Positions 7,763 through 17,158 are shown, counted from the stretch's first letter. The stretch is 19,505 bases of DNA from Planctomycetota bacterium (GCA_036338595.1 JAYZBV010000044.1:1-19505); one strand, 5' to 3'. A program made the numbers and translations. The notes: a model not told the origin generated them from the sequence alone.

Positions 7763-9301
7763 CTACTTGAACCGGATCCGAGGATCGATGAGGGCCCAGA
7801 TCAGGTCGCTGAGTATGTTGCCGGTCAACCGGATCAACACACCGAAAACGATCGTGGCAAGAATGATGGGGTAGTCGCGCCGGATGATGGACTCATAGCC
7901 CAGCAATCCCAGACCTGGAATATTGCACACCTTTTCGATGAAGAAGGATCCGGCAAAGAGCAACCCCAGGAAGTGGCCGATCCCTGCGGTGATGGGTATC
8001 AGTGAGTTTCTCAGGGCATGAACATAGATCACGCGCCCCTCGGGGAGCCCCTTGGCAAAGGCTGTTCTGACGTAATCAGCCCCGAAGTTCTCGAGCAGTG
8101 AGTTCTTCATCAGCACGGTCATGCTGGCAAAAGAACCGATCATGTAACCGAACATCGGCACCAGAGTATGGCGAACTTGATCCCCGATGCAGCGCAAGTA
8201 CTGACCTTGCTCCCACCACAGATTCCAATCCGCGGACCTGAATCCTCCCAGCGGCACCACATCCCAGTAAGAGCCCCCACCGAGCAATACAAGCAACAGA
8301 AGACAGGCGACGAAACCTGGTGTCGCATAACCGAGAAAAACCAGCACGCTGGTCACGGTGTCAAATGTGCCCTTGTGGCGAATCGCCTTCGAGATACCCA
8401 GTGGAATGCAAACGATCCAGGAAGCGATGTAGCCGATCAGTCCGAAATATATGGAAATCGGAAACTTGGAAACGATGACACTGAGGGCATCTTCGTTGTA
8501 CGTGAAGGACCTGCCGAAGTCCCCCTGCAGGATGCCGCTGAATGCATTCTTCACGTGGTAGAAGGAGCCGTTACGATTCGCCTCGATGGTCAGCAGCGCG
8601 AGGTGGTCCTGCAGGATCTGGAAGGCGGACTCCTGATCCAGTAATTGGCGATGAACCACCGAGATCAATGCGTTGCCTTGCTTCTCCTCGGTGGTCACGG
8701 GCCGCATGAATCGAGGCCCCGACAGAGACCAGCCCAGCGAACCCAACAGGCTCACCAGATCGTTGCGAGTGGCCAATCCTCCAGCCAGCAAACGATCCGC
8801 TGTGGCTGATTGCTCTGGAAATTGAGTCCGATCTGCACGTGTCACCTCGATCAGCAAGGTTTCCCCACTGATGATGAAGTTTGCGTCGAGAACCGCCTGC
8901 TCGACGATGTCCTCCGACAGCCTGTAGGTATTCCAGAGCGATTGAGATTGTTGCCAGAATGCAGGGTCTTCGGTGCGAAACTGGAGATTGACCGGGGTCC
9001 GGGTCTTCTTGGGATAAACACCGAGCCACTGCAGATACGCAACGGGAATCGGCTTGTCCAGGTTGTAGTATGCCTTCAGCTCATCGCGAGCCTTTTCATC
9101 CAGACCGACACTCTCGGTGCCGATCCCGCCACTGCCACCTCCGGCTTCTCCGGAAGCCGCCGCTCGCATCTGATTCTCGAGTTGTTCAATCGGCCCACCC
9201 GGAGTCAGTCGCAACACTGCGTAAACGATGAAGGTGATGACCAGAAAGGTCACGGGAACCAGGAGCAGCCTGCGGGCAAAGTAGGTCCACATACCACTCA
9301 T
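7763..9301 (-). CDS. yejB: Peptide ABC transporter permease, YejB/OppB type, with large extracytoplasmic insertion
   Basis: YFARRLLLVPVT, PGGPIEQ, YNLDKP, GDFGRSF, KFPIS, PLGISKAIRH.G.FD, LMKNSLLE, DYVRTAFAKGL, HALRNSLIP, RDYP, DPRIRF. RBS GGGGAGG upstream. Confidence 0.92.
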   Translation of the reverse strand: MSGMWTYFARRLLLVPVTFLVITFIVYAVLRLTPGGPIEQLENQMRAAASGEAGGGSGGIGTESVGLDEKARDELKAYYNLDKPIPVAYLQWLGVYPKKTRTPVNLQFRTEDPAFWQQSQSLWNTYRLSEDIVEQAVLDANFIISGETLLIEVTRADRTQFPEQSATADRLLAGGLATRNDLVSLLGSLGWSLSGPRFMRPVTTEEKQGNALISVVHRQLLDQESAFQILQDHLALLTIEANRNGSFYHVKNAFSGILQGDFGRSFTYNEDALSVIVSKFPISIYFGLIGYIASWIVCIPLGISKAIRHKGTFDTVTSVLVFLGYATPGFVACLLLLVLLGGGSYWDVVPLGGFRSADWNLWWEQGQYLRCIGDQVRHTLVPMFGYMIGSFASMTVLMKNSLLENFGADYVRTAFAKGLPEGRVIYVHALRNSLIPITAGIGHFLGLLFAGSFFIEKVCNIPGLGLLGYESIIRRDYPIILATIVFGVLIRLTGNILSDLIWALIDPRIRFK

Positions 9302-9340
9302 CGTTGGCTGCCTCCCCTGCTTACCGACGTCGTCGGTGGG

Positions 9341-11194
9341 TTACTCTGCAGTTTTATCCGAGGCATCCATCCGGGCCTTGAGGCCCCAGGGATCGATCAC
9401 ATCCGGGCCCACAGGCAGGGTGTCCCCCGCCTTCTGGGCCTCCGCGAGTTTCTTCTTCAGTTCTGGCGTGGTCCACCAGTAGGTCCAGAGGGCATGATCA
9501 TCTCCCGTGCGAGAGAGGATTTTTTCCGGCTGGCCGAAATGGTTCCAGGACAGAATCCTTTCAAAAGGTCCGTACCAGCCGAGGGCGACCGGATGCTCCT
9601 TGAAGATGAGCCCGTCGATCTTTCGCATGATTCGAGTCTGTTCATCGATGTCAAAGGTTCGATCGTAATCCTCCATCAACTGATCCACCTCGGCGATAGA
9701 AACTCCTGAGATGTTGTTGTTGTAGGGTTCGTTTGCAAGGTCGCCATGCCATGAAGTGATCGGATTGGGAAAGAGAATGCCGCGCCATGATTGCATGTGG
9801 ATCGTGAACTGGCGCTCGCTGATCTTCTTCATGAGAGCGTTGTAATCGACCAGTTTCAGGTCCATCCCGATGCCGATCTTACGCAGCCCCTCTGCCACAA
9901 CCTGGTGAATCCTGGTCGAGGATGCAGAGCCGAATTCGATGGTAAATTGCAGCGGCTTACCCGTTTGATCGTGGACTCGAATGCCGTCATCGTTGCGCTT
10001 GCTGTAGCCAGCTCGGTCCAGCATTCGCTCGGCGCGTCGGGGATTGTAGCGAATCTGGCGATTGTCCCGACTCCCCCAGCGCCCCCCCGGGTAGTAGCTA
10101 TCGATGTACTCGTACTGATTGAAGAAGAGTTTATCGAACATCGTTTTTCGATCGACTCCGAAACAGAATGCCAATCTCACATTCTTGTCGTCGAAGGGCC
10201 ACTTCCTCATGTTCATCATGTAGCCAGAGAAGGATTGCGGCTGCTCGTTATAGATCTTCTGCTTGCGGATCCAGCCCTTCCTGACCGACTCGAATCCGGT
10301 TTCCTCTGCCCACCTCTGTGCCCTCATCACCTTGTAGTAATCGAGTTCACCCGCCTTGAATTTCTCGAATGCCAGTTCTCGATCACGAACGACGATCAGC
10401 TGGATCTTCTCAAAATTGTAGAGGCCCTTTGCAGCACGCGTCTTCCATCCCCACCAATCTTCATTTCGATAGAGGGTGACGGAGACCTCCTGCTGGATGC
10501 TGTCCTCCCGAAGGATATAGGGCCCCGAACCTGGAATCATCTTCCAGTTGAACTCGTCGAGATACACATCGCCGGGAATTCGGATTTGCTCTGCGGGATA
10601 GATGACGAGGCTGGCAGAAAAGTAAATCAACAGGCGCCAGTTGAGTTTCCTGGTCTTGACCGAGAGGGTCATTTCATCATGAACCACCGGGGTTTCGTAC
10701 ATGTCGGTGAATAGCTTGGTACTCGAAGGGTCCTTGATATCTGGATCCACGATGTGCTCGAAGGAAGCCAGAACATCATCGGCGGTCACCTTCGTTCCAT
10801 CTGAAAATCTAGCCCGCTCATCGATCCTGAACCAGAACACCTGGTGATCTTCATTTTTTTCAATGATCCAGTGGGATGCGAGCCCAGGGATCCACTCGAG
10901 GGTCTCTGGATGGATCGAGAGAAGCCGGTCATGTGTCAATCCGTAGATATCCGTGATCGTTGTCAGATTGGAGTTGGGCCCTTCCATGCGAAGAGTCGGC
11001 AAGAAGTTAGGAATGTTGGTGCGGAGTGTGCCACCGGAGACTGCATCAGGGCTGCCGAGGATCTCGAATGAGGAGTTGGTTGTCCATGTCCTGCCATCGA
11101 TCTCGACCGTGTCGTAATCCGCAAGAACACCCGGAATGAAGATCGCCATCAGCAAGAAAATCAGGGAGCAGACCTTGTATGGGGATTGGGACAT
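9341..11194 (-). CDS. yejA: Peptide ABC transporter substrate-binding protein, family 5, YejA-like
   Basis: Signal peptide without lipobox (..PGVLA|DYD), GSPDAVSGGTL, ARFSDGTKVTADDV, PGSGPY, GLYNFEKI, AFEKFKAGELD, LFFNQY..IDSYY. GGAG lies upstream of ATG 11194. First transporter gene of the A-B-E-D-F run. Confidence 0.9.
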   Translation of the reverse strand: MSQSPYKVCSLIFLLMAIFIPGVLADYDTVEIDGRTWTTNSSFEILGSPDAVSGGTLRTNIPNFLPTLRMEGPNSNLTTITDIYGLTHDRLLSIHPETLEWIPGLASHWIIEKNEDHQVFWFRIDERARFSDGTKVTADDVLASFEHIVDPDIKDPSSTKLFTDMYETPVVHDEMTLSVKTRKLNWRLLIYFSASLVIYPAEQIRIPGDVYLDEFNWKMIPGSGPYILREDSIQQEVSVTLYRNEDWWGWKTRAAKGLYNFEKIQLIVVRDRELAFEKFKAGELDYYKVMRAQRWAEETGFESVRKGWIRKQKIYNEQPQSFSGYMMNMRKWPFDDKNVRLAFCFGVDRKTMFDKLFFNQYEYIDSYYPGGRWGSRDNRQIRYNPRRAERMLDRAGYSKRNDDGIRVHDQTGKPLQFTIEFGSASSTRIHQVVAEGLRKIGIGMDLKLVDYNALMKKISERQFTIHMQSWRGILFPNPITSWHGDLANEPYNNNISGVSIAEVDQLMEDYDRTFDIDEQTRIMRKIDGLIFKEHPVALGWYGPFERILSWNHFGQPEKILSRTGDDHALWTYWWTTPELKKKLAEAQKAGDTLPVGPDVIDPWGLKARMDASDKTAE

Positions 11195-11333
11195 CAATAA
11201 CTCCGTATCTGGCTATGTGAACACGAACGGCCCGGACGCTGGGCGACCGAGCCGATGTCGAGGAAGTTCAAGTGACTGAGATCGACCCACCGATGAGTCG
11301 GGGCCAGAGGCGATGGACAGGGCACCACCGAAG

Positions 11334-11573
11334 TCACTCCTGGACTTCCGGTTCCTGCTCCTGCTCTCCCTCGACGACCTCTTCCTTCTCCTTCTTGGCC
11401 TTGACGCGCTTCTTGACCTTCAACACACGCGTCTTGGGCAATCCGATGGGGAAGTCTTCTCCCTCGGTGAAACGGCCTTGAGCTTCCAGTTGAAGGATTC
11501 GCTCGTAGCGAGTCAGCACATTGCGGGTTCCCTTGAGTCCGTCGCCGGTCTTCAGGGTCCTGTGAATCGACAT
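11334..11573 (-). CDS. PVC-superphylum signature small basic protein (Chlamydia/Verrucomicrobia/Planctomycete small basic protein, TIGR04137-like)
   Basis: MSIHRTLK....L...RNVLTRYERILQL...G.F......GLPK.RV.K.KKR matches from memory the conserved MS.H.SLK..RNVL.R.ERI..L...GLPK..K-rich pattern. Confidence 0.88.
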   Translation of the reverse strand: MSIHRTLKTGDGLKGTRNVLTRYERILQLEAQGRFTEGEDFPIGLPKTRVLKVKKRVKAKKEKEEVVEGEQEQEPEVQE

Positions 11574-11701
11574 CTTCTACTGCTTCCCACCGGGAATCCC
11601 CGGCACCATGCATCTTGCTTCCGATCCTCGAGCGTATCGACAACGATCGGTCGGATCACCTGAACTTGCCGGTAGCAGCCGACACCATCCAGTGACGGGT
11701 C

Positions 11702-11730
11702 AGGATAACGGCATGCCCCCCTATCGGCAA
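11702..11730 (-). promoter_or_regulatory. Putative sigma70-type promoter for the small basic protein gene
   Basis: Minus strand TTGCCG (11730-11725) - 17 bp - TATCCT (11707-11702). Confidence 0.5.
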
Positions 11731-11805
11731 GGGAAGCCGACCGACTGGGGGGGGTTGCCGGGTCGCAGCCAGAAGCCCATGATCGCTGCGGAAAGCGGGC
11801 AGACG

Positions 11806-13536
11806 ATGAATTTCCGCACCATCGCCATCTGGATCAGTTTCGGGATCGCCGCATCGATCCTGGCACTGTTATGGCGAGCGCCGCTGCCAGGTAGGGCAGA
11901 TCTGGTCATCGGTAACGGTACCGATCCAGGCTCGCTACACCCCCACCGAGCCACCGGTATTCCCGAGGGGCGCATCATTCGAGCCATTCATGAGGGCCTG
12001 GTACTGCTCGATCCCAGAACCCTCGATCCGATGCCCGGCTGCGCGGAGTCGTGGCAGATTTCTGCTGACGGTCGGCACTACCGATTCCGGATGCAACACG
12101 GATTGCTCTGGTCCGATGGTTCCCCTCTCGATGCAGATGATTTTGTTCGCTCGTGGCTCGATCTCCTCGACCCGCTTCAGGGGGCACCCTATGGCGATCT
12201 ACTGGAGGCGGTGACCGGTGCTCGTCAGTGGAGAAACGGATTCGGGAATCGAGATCAGGTCGGGATTCGAGCGATCGATTCCACGCTGCTGGAAATCGAG
12301 TTCGAACACCCGGTACCGTGGTTTCTTTACCTCTGCGCTCAGACACCACTTCAACCGGTTCATCCAGAAGCCGATGGTCGCGCAGGTCCCGGCATTGCGA
12401 CCAACGGTCCCTGGGTGCTGACTCGCTGGAGTCTTCGAGACAGAATCCGCATCGAAACGAACCCGGAGTATCGAGGACCATCGAGACCGTCGTTGAAATC
12501 GATCGACTTCCTGGCCGTGGAATCCGCCAATACCCAGCTCAACATCTTCGCTGCCGGACTCTCCGACTGGTCCGTTCGGACTCCCGCAGCGGCCATCCCC
12601 ATCCTGCGTTCCGATCCGACCTGGTCGCCGCGCTGGAGGGCGGATCCATACCTCGCAATCTCCTTTTATCGACTCAACCTGGAGCGCCCTCCCCTCGACG
12701 ATCCTGCCGTGCGTCAGGCGCTCTCCCTCTCCCTCGATCGCCAGCAACTCTGCCACGATGTGCTCGGAGGGGACCCCGAACCCGCATACGGTTTCGTGCC
12801 ATGGCCTTCCCCCGCCATCGAGAGGCAGCAACAAAAACTGCTCGATCGCGGCATACCCTCGTCACTGCGTTCAGGATTGCCCGAGTATCCAGCGATGGTT
12901 TCCATCGGCCGCGAAACAAACGGATTGCGCGGGGTGGTTCCGGCAAATCAGATCTCGTCCAGCGATTGGCCTCAGCTGGGCTTTGATCCTCATAAAGCGC
13001 GTGAACTGCTGCGTGAGGCGGGCTGGCGAGTTCCCGGATCACCGCAGGGGAAGACGATCCCGACGCTGGAAATTCTTCACCCATCAGGATCGACCAACAG
13101 CCTCGTCGCACAGTGGTTACAACTGGCGTGGAAACGAGAACTGGGACTGGACTCGACGATCCAGACGCTGGAGTGGCGCAGCTTCCTCGATGTCCAGCGC
13201 GCCGTCGACTACGACATCTCTCGCAGTAGCTGGATCGCCGACTACCCCGATCCTGCGACATTTCTGACCCTCTTCACCAGCGATTCCCCCAACAGCAGAA
13301 CCGGCTGGTCTGACTCCCAGTACGATCGGTCGGTCGCTCTCGCACTCGCCGAAACAAACCCGGAGTTGCGAATGCAGTTGTGGCAACAAGCGGAGAAGAT
13401 CCTTCTCGAGAGAGGACCCGTCTTGCCATTGTGGTCGATGACTTCCGGAAATCTCGTCTCTGAAGAGGTGACTGGATACCATCCCAACCCACTCGATCAA
13501 CATGACCTTCGGGCGATCGGCAGGCGTTCGCCGTGA
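11806..13536 (+). CDS. oppA: Oligopeptide ABC transporter substrate-binding protein (OppA-like)
   Basis: N-terminal hydrophobic anchor, then NGTDPGSLHP, EGLV, PGCAESWQIS.DG..Y.F, WSDG.PL.A.DFV.SW, TNGPW, VRQALSLSLDR, SWIADYPDP.TFL. Start placed at ATG 11806 (alternative 11779); the 11608 extension is not protein-like. Confidence 0.92.
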   Translation: MNFRTIAIWISFGIAASILALLWRAPLPGRADLVIGNGTDPGSLHPHRATGIPEGRIIRAIHEGLVLLDPRTLDPMPGCAESWQISADGRHYRFRMQHGLLWSDGSPLDADDFVRSWLDLLDPLQGAPYGDLLEAVTGARQWRNGFGNRDQVGIRAIDSTLLEIEFEHPVPWFLYLCAQTPLQPVHPEADGRAGPGIATNGPWVLTRWSLRDRIRIETNPEYRGPSRPSLKSIDFLAVESANTQLNIFAAGLSDWSVRTPAAAIPILRSDPTWSPRWRADPYLAISFYRLNLERPPLDDPAVRQALSLSLDRQQLCHDVLGGDPEPAYGFVPWPSPAIERQQQKLLDRGIPSSLRSGLPEYPAMVSIGRETNGLRGVVPANQISSSDWPQLGFDPHKARELLREAGWRVPGSPQGKTIPTLEILHPSGSTNSLVAQWLQLAWKRELGLDSTIQTLEWRSFLDVQRAVDYDISRSSWIADYPDPATFLTLFTSDSPNSRTGWSDSQYDRSVALALAETNPELRMQLWQQAEKILLERGPVLPLWSMTSGNLVSEEVTGYHPNPLDQHDLRAIGRRSP

Positions 13537-14456
13537 CCCTCCTGTTACTGAAAAGACTCGGCGCGGCGCTGCTGACCATCTGGGCAGTATTCACCATCTC
13601 GTTCTTCATCATCCGTGCGGCACCGGGAGGCCCCTTCGACGCTGATCGAGACCCTCCTCCGGATGTGAAGCGCGCCATCGAGGAGCGCTACCACCTCGAT
13701 GCCCCGTTGTGGAGTCAGTATCTCGACCAGATACAGGGCTGGCTGATGCTGGATCCTGGCCCTTCGCTGCGGCAACCGGACCACGATGTCGCCAGCATCC
13801 TGTCGGCCGGCCTTCCCATCTCATTGACGATGGGAGGCCTCGCGCTGCTGATCGGGACGATGGTCGGGATCTTGCTGGGTCTGGTCGCTGCTCTGCGAGT
13901 CGGAGGTTGGCTCGACCATCTGGTCGTGGTGATCGCCTCGGTGGGCATCTCGCTACCTCTCTATGTGATTGCTGGAATGCTGGTGCTGGCCGTCTCCTTC
14001 GGTCTCGGGTGGTTGCCCCCCGCCGGGTGGGAATCCGTTCCATCGCTGATCATGCCAGTGCTTTGCCTGGCGCTGGCACCGGCGGCCCAGGCTGCTCGAC
14101 TGGTGCGTAGCGGGCTGATCGAGATGAGTTCAGAAGAGTTCGCACGCACCGCACGTGCCAAGGGGGTCTCGCCCTTCCAGGTGCTTTTTCGACACTGTCT
14201 TCGGCCTGCCCTGATTCCGCTCGTGGCCACACTGGGGCCGACCGCCGCAGCCTTGCTGACCGGCTCGCTGGTGATCGAACAGATCTTTGCCATCCCTGGA
14301 GTGGGGATGCATTTCATCCAGGGTGCGCTCAATCGGGATTACCCGCTGGTGCTGGGGGCGGTGTTGCTCTACACGATCCTGCTGCAACTGATGACCTTGC
14401 TGGCAGATTTGATGCTGTTCTCACTCGATCCGAGATTGCGAGAAGATGCCTCATGA
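13533..14456 (+). CDS. oppB: Oligopeptide ABC transporter permease (OppB)
   Basis: RAAPGGPFD, YHLDAPLWSQY, EFARTARAKG, LTGSLVIEQIFAIPG.G..FIQGALNRDYPLV, DPR. GTGA overlap with oppA. Confidence 0.94.
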   Translation: MTLLLLKRLGAALLTIWAVFTISFFIIRAAPGGPFDADRDPPPDVKRAIEERYHLDAPLWSQYLDQIQGWLMLDPGPSLRQPDHDVASILSAGLPISLTMGGLALLIGTMVGILLGLVAALRVGGWLDHLVVVIASVGISLPLYVIAGMLVLAVSFGLGWLPPAGWESVPSLIMPVLCLALAPAAQAARLVRSGLIEMSSEEFARTARAKGVSPFQVLFRHCLRPALIPLVATLGPTAAALLTGSLVIEQIFAIPGVGMHFIQGALNRDYPLVLGAVLLYTILLQLMTLLADLMLFSLDPRLREDAS

Positions 14457-15310
14457 GCAGATTCCGCACCACCCGATCCCCGATCCCTACACTCTGTATC
14501 TGCTGGCTGTTGCTGACACTGCTGGTGGCACTCATCACACCGGTCTTGCCAATCGCGTCCCCGGACGCTGCGACACCTGAACGAGCCTGGTCGGCTCCGG
14601 GGGATGGCCATCCACTCGGCACCGATGCTCTGGGGCGCGACCTCTTCAGCAGGATCCTCTGGGGATCGAGAATCTCTCTCGCGTGCGCCGCTGCCGGGGC
14701 TTTCACGGCACTGATTTTCGGCGTCAGCTGGGGACTGCTGGCAGGTGGAGGAGCAGCAAGGCGAGACAACTGGATGATGCGGGTGGTCGACCTGCTCGAT
14801 TCGGTTCCCGTGGTGTTCCTGGTCATCCTGCTGGCGAGTGTCGCGAGGGGCTCTGCCTGGCAGCACGCCGGAGGAGGGCTGGCTCTCTTCTTCGTCGTTC
14901 TGGGCATCGTCTACTGGACTCCGATGGCGCGAGTTGTCCGCGGCGAAACACGAGCACTCGCGAGGCGAGAGTGGGCGGTCGCCGCCACCGCTCTGGGGAC
15001 ACCGAGCAGCAGGGTCCTGTGGCGTCACATTCTTCCCAACCTGATCCCTACCATCCTCGTCACCGTCACCCTCATCATTCCCCGGGTGCTGCTGTTCGAG
15101 GCGTTTCTGTCCTTCCTGGGACTGGGTGTTCAGGCTCCCGAGGTTTCCTGGGGTACGCTGGCGAGAGATGCGTTCGAGGTACTCAACCCTGTCCACACCG
15201 CATGGTGGATGGTCGTATTTCCATCGATTGCGCTGGCGGTGACGCTGCTGGCTCTCAATATCCTGGGAGACGCATTACGCAGCGATCTCGACCCGAAACT
15301 GCGCCGCTAG
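14453..15310 (+). CDS. oppC: Oligopeptide ABC transporter permease (OppC)
   Basis: HPLGTDALGRDLFSRILWGSRISL, MMRVVD, ARVVRG, RHILPN, EAFLSFLGLGVQ.P..SWG, GDALRSDLDP. ATGA overlap with oppB. Confidence 0.94.
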   Translation: MSRFRTTRSPIPTLCICWLLLTLLVALITPVLPIASPDAATPERAWSAPGDGHPLGTDALGRDLFSRILWGSRISLACAAAGAFTALIFGVSWGLLAGGGAARRDNWMMRVVDLLDSVPVVFLVILLASVARGSAWQHAGGGLALFFVVLGIVYWTPMARVVRGETRALARREWAVAATALGTPSSRVLWRHILPNLIPTILVTVTLIIPRVLLFEAFLSFLGLGVQAPEVSWGTLARDAFEVLNPVHTAWWMVVFPSIALAVTLLALNILGDALRSDLDPKLRR

Positions 15311-16203
15311 TCCTTCATCTTGGGATCAAAGGCATCGCGAAGGCCATCGCCGAGCAGATTGAAACCGAGCACGGTGAACATGATGGCGAGCCCGGGGAAG
15401 ATGCCCATCCACGGCATGGTGACCCAGTACTCCTTCGAGTCGACCAGCATCCGGCCCCAGGACGGGGCGGGCGGCGGCAATCCGATGCCGAGGAAGGAGA
15501 GCCCTGCCTCGGCGAGAATGTTACCGGCGATCATCAGGGTAGAAACGACCACGACCGGACCGAGACAGTTCGGCAGCACGTGCCCGATGAGGATGCGAGT
15601 ATCACTCTGTCCCAGTGCTCTGGCACCGAGCACGAACTCACTGCCACGAAGTGAGATCACCTGCCCGCGCACGATTCGAGCGACCCCGGGCCAGCCCACG
15701 ACACCGAGTGCCGAGAAGATGACGATCTCGTTGGGCTTCTCGAATACCGCCAGGATGCCGATCATCAGCAGCAAACTGGGGAACGCGAAGAAGGTGTCGG
15801 TCAATCTGGAGATCAGGGTATCGACCAGTCCCCCTCGAAAGCCTGCCAGACTGCCGAGGATCAATCCAATCAGTACCGCAACGATGGTCCCGACAAGGCC
15901 CACCCGAAGCGAGATGCCGGCGCCGTAGATGATGCGAGTCATGACATCACGGCCCAGTTCATCGGTGCCGAGTGGATGCCCCTGGGTCAATGGCGGTTGC
16001 TGATAATGGTCCTTGTCTCGGAACTGTTCGGCGAAATCGTAGGGGCCGGATCCGTCTGCATGCGAGGGCACCAGCATCGACGGGAAGAACGCCAGCAAGA
16101 CGACGACCAGCACCACCACAGCTCCCCCCATGGCAAGAACATTGCGTCGCAAGCGTCTAAACGCCATCTGGGTCGGGGATTTTCCTCGGTTAGTTGCGCT
16201 CAT
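15307..16203 (-). CDS. Peptide/nickel ABC transporter permease (DppC/OppC family)
   Basis: AFRRLRRNVLAM, HPLGTDELGRDVMTRIIYGA.ISL, EFVLGARALG, EAGLSFLGIG..PP.PSWG, GDGLRDAFDP. Start set at ATG 16203, overlapping the upstream permease stop. Confidence 0.93.
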   Translation of the reverse strand: MSATNRGKSPTQMAFRRLRRNVLAMGGAVVVLVVVLLAFFPSMLVPSHADGSGPYDFAEQFRDKDHYQQPPLTQGHPLGTDELGRDVMTRIIYGAGISLRVGLVGTIVAVLIGLILGSLAGFRGGLVDTLISRLTDTFFAFPSLLLMIGILAVFEKPNEIVIFSALGVVGWPGVARIVRGQVISLRGSEFVLGARALGQSDTRILIGHVLPNCLGPVVVVSTLMIAGNILAEAGLSFLGIGLPPPAPSWGRMLVDSKEYWVTMPWMGIFPGLAIMFTVLGFNLLGDGLRDAFDPKMKD

Positions 16204-17137
16204 CACGCACCCTCGGATCGAACCAGGCATACGAAAGATCCACCAGCAGGTTGACCCCGACAAAGACAAACGACATCAACAGAATGCCACCGGTGACCAG
16301 TTCTCGATCACGTTGCTTGATCGCTTCGACCACCTCACGCCCGAGGCCGGGCAAGGCAAAGACTGTTTCGGTCAGAACAGCCCCCACCAGCAGATAGCCG
16401 AATGAATTGCCGACCACCGTGACGATCGGAATCGCAGCATTTCGCATCGCATGCTTCAGGATGACCACGGACTCACCCAGACCCTTTGATCTGGCAGTGC
16501 GAATGTAGTCCTGCGTCAAAACATCGAGCATCGCAGATCTACTGAGCCTTGCGATGGTAGCCGACGAAAGCAGTCCCAGGGCGGTGGCTGGCATCGCGAG
16601 ACTGGCCAGCATCGTGGCCCAGTTTTCATCGTTGAAACCTGTTCGTTGTAGATCAAAGATGGGAGCCACATAGATGATCATCAGGATTCCAAGCCAGAAC
16701 ACGGGCATCGAGACACCGATGATCGCCACCAGCATCGATACATAATCGAGCACCGTCCGGCTATGAACGGCAGAGAGAACGCCCGCACCGATGCCGACGA
16801 TGAGCGCAACGAGCATGGAAAGGAACGCCAGGCGAAGCGTCACGAAGAAAGCATCCCCGAGGATCTCGTTGACGCTCTTCCCCGCCTTGACATCGGAGAC
16901 ACCGAGATCGAAGCGGGTGAAGAGCCGCCAGAGGTATCTGCCGTACTGCACCGGAAGTGCATCGTTGTAGCCGCGAGTCTCGTTGTAGGCATCGACTTGA
17001 GCGGGTTCAGCTCTTTGCCCCATGCGTATGCGCCCTGGATTCCCCGGAATTGCCGCATTCAGCAGGAATACGATGAGGGTGACCAGCAAGATGACCGGGA
17101 TCGCCTCGAGCAGTCGTCGCAGGGTGAATGAGAGCAC
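16190..17137 (-). CDS. Peptide/nickel ABC transporter permease (DppB/OppB family)
   Basis: LRRLL.AIPV, PGNP, LPVQY..YL, SMPVFWLG, RSAMLDVLTQDYIRTARSKGL, TETVFALPGLG, DLSYAWFDPR. RBS GAGGT before GTG. Confidence 0.94.
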   Translation of the reverse strand: MLSFTLRRLLEAIPVILLVTLIVFLLNAAIPGNPGRIRMGQRAEPAQVDAYNETRGYNDALPVQYGRYLWRLFTRFDLGVSDVKAGKSVNEILGDAFFVTLRLAFLSMLVALIVGIGAGVLSAVHSRTVLDYVSMLVAIIGVSMPVFWLGILMIIYVAPIFDLQRTGFNDENWATMLASLAMPATALGLLSSATIARLSRSAMLDVLTQDYIRTARSKGLGESVVILKHAMRNAAIPIVTVVGNSFGYLLVGAVLTETVFALPGLGREVVEAIKQRDRELVTGGILLMSFVFVGVNLLVDLSYAWFDPRVRDERN

Positions 17138-17158
17138 TGAACCTCGTTACTGCGCACC
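16985..17158 (-). repeat. Inverted repeat, copy 1 (last 3 codons and stop of the SBP gene, RBS, first 51 codons of the permease)
   Basis: Its reverse complement equals 19332-19505 at 172/174 positions, compared base by base. Confidence 0.97.

Noticed and set aside
11608..11805. 66-aa N-terminal extension of OppA in the ORF track
   Set aside because: It overlaps the divergent promoter region, and the hydrophobic anchor begins right after ATG 11806.
16204..16269. Extended start of the 15307 permease
   Set aside because: It lies inside the upstream permease gene; ATG 16203 gives a normal short overlap.
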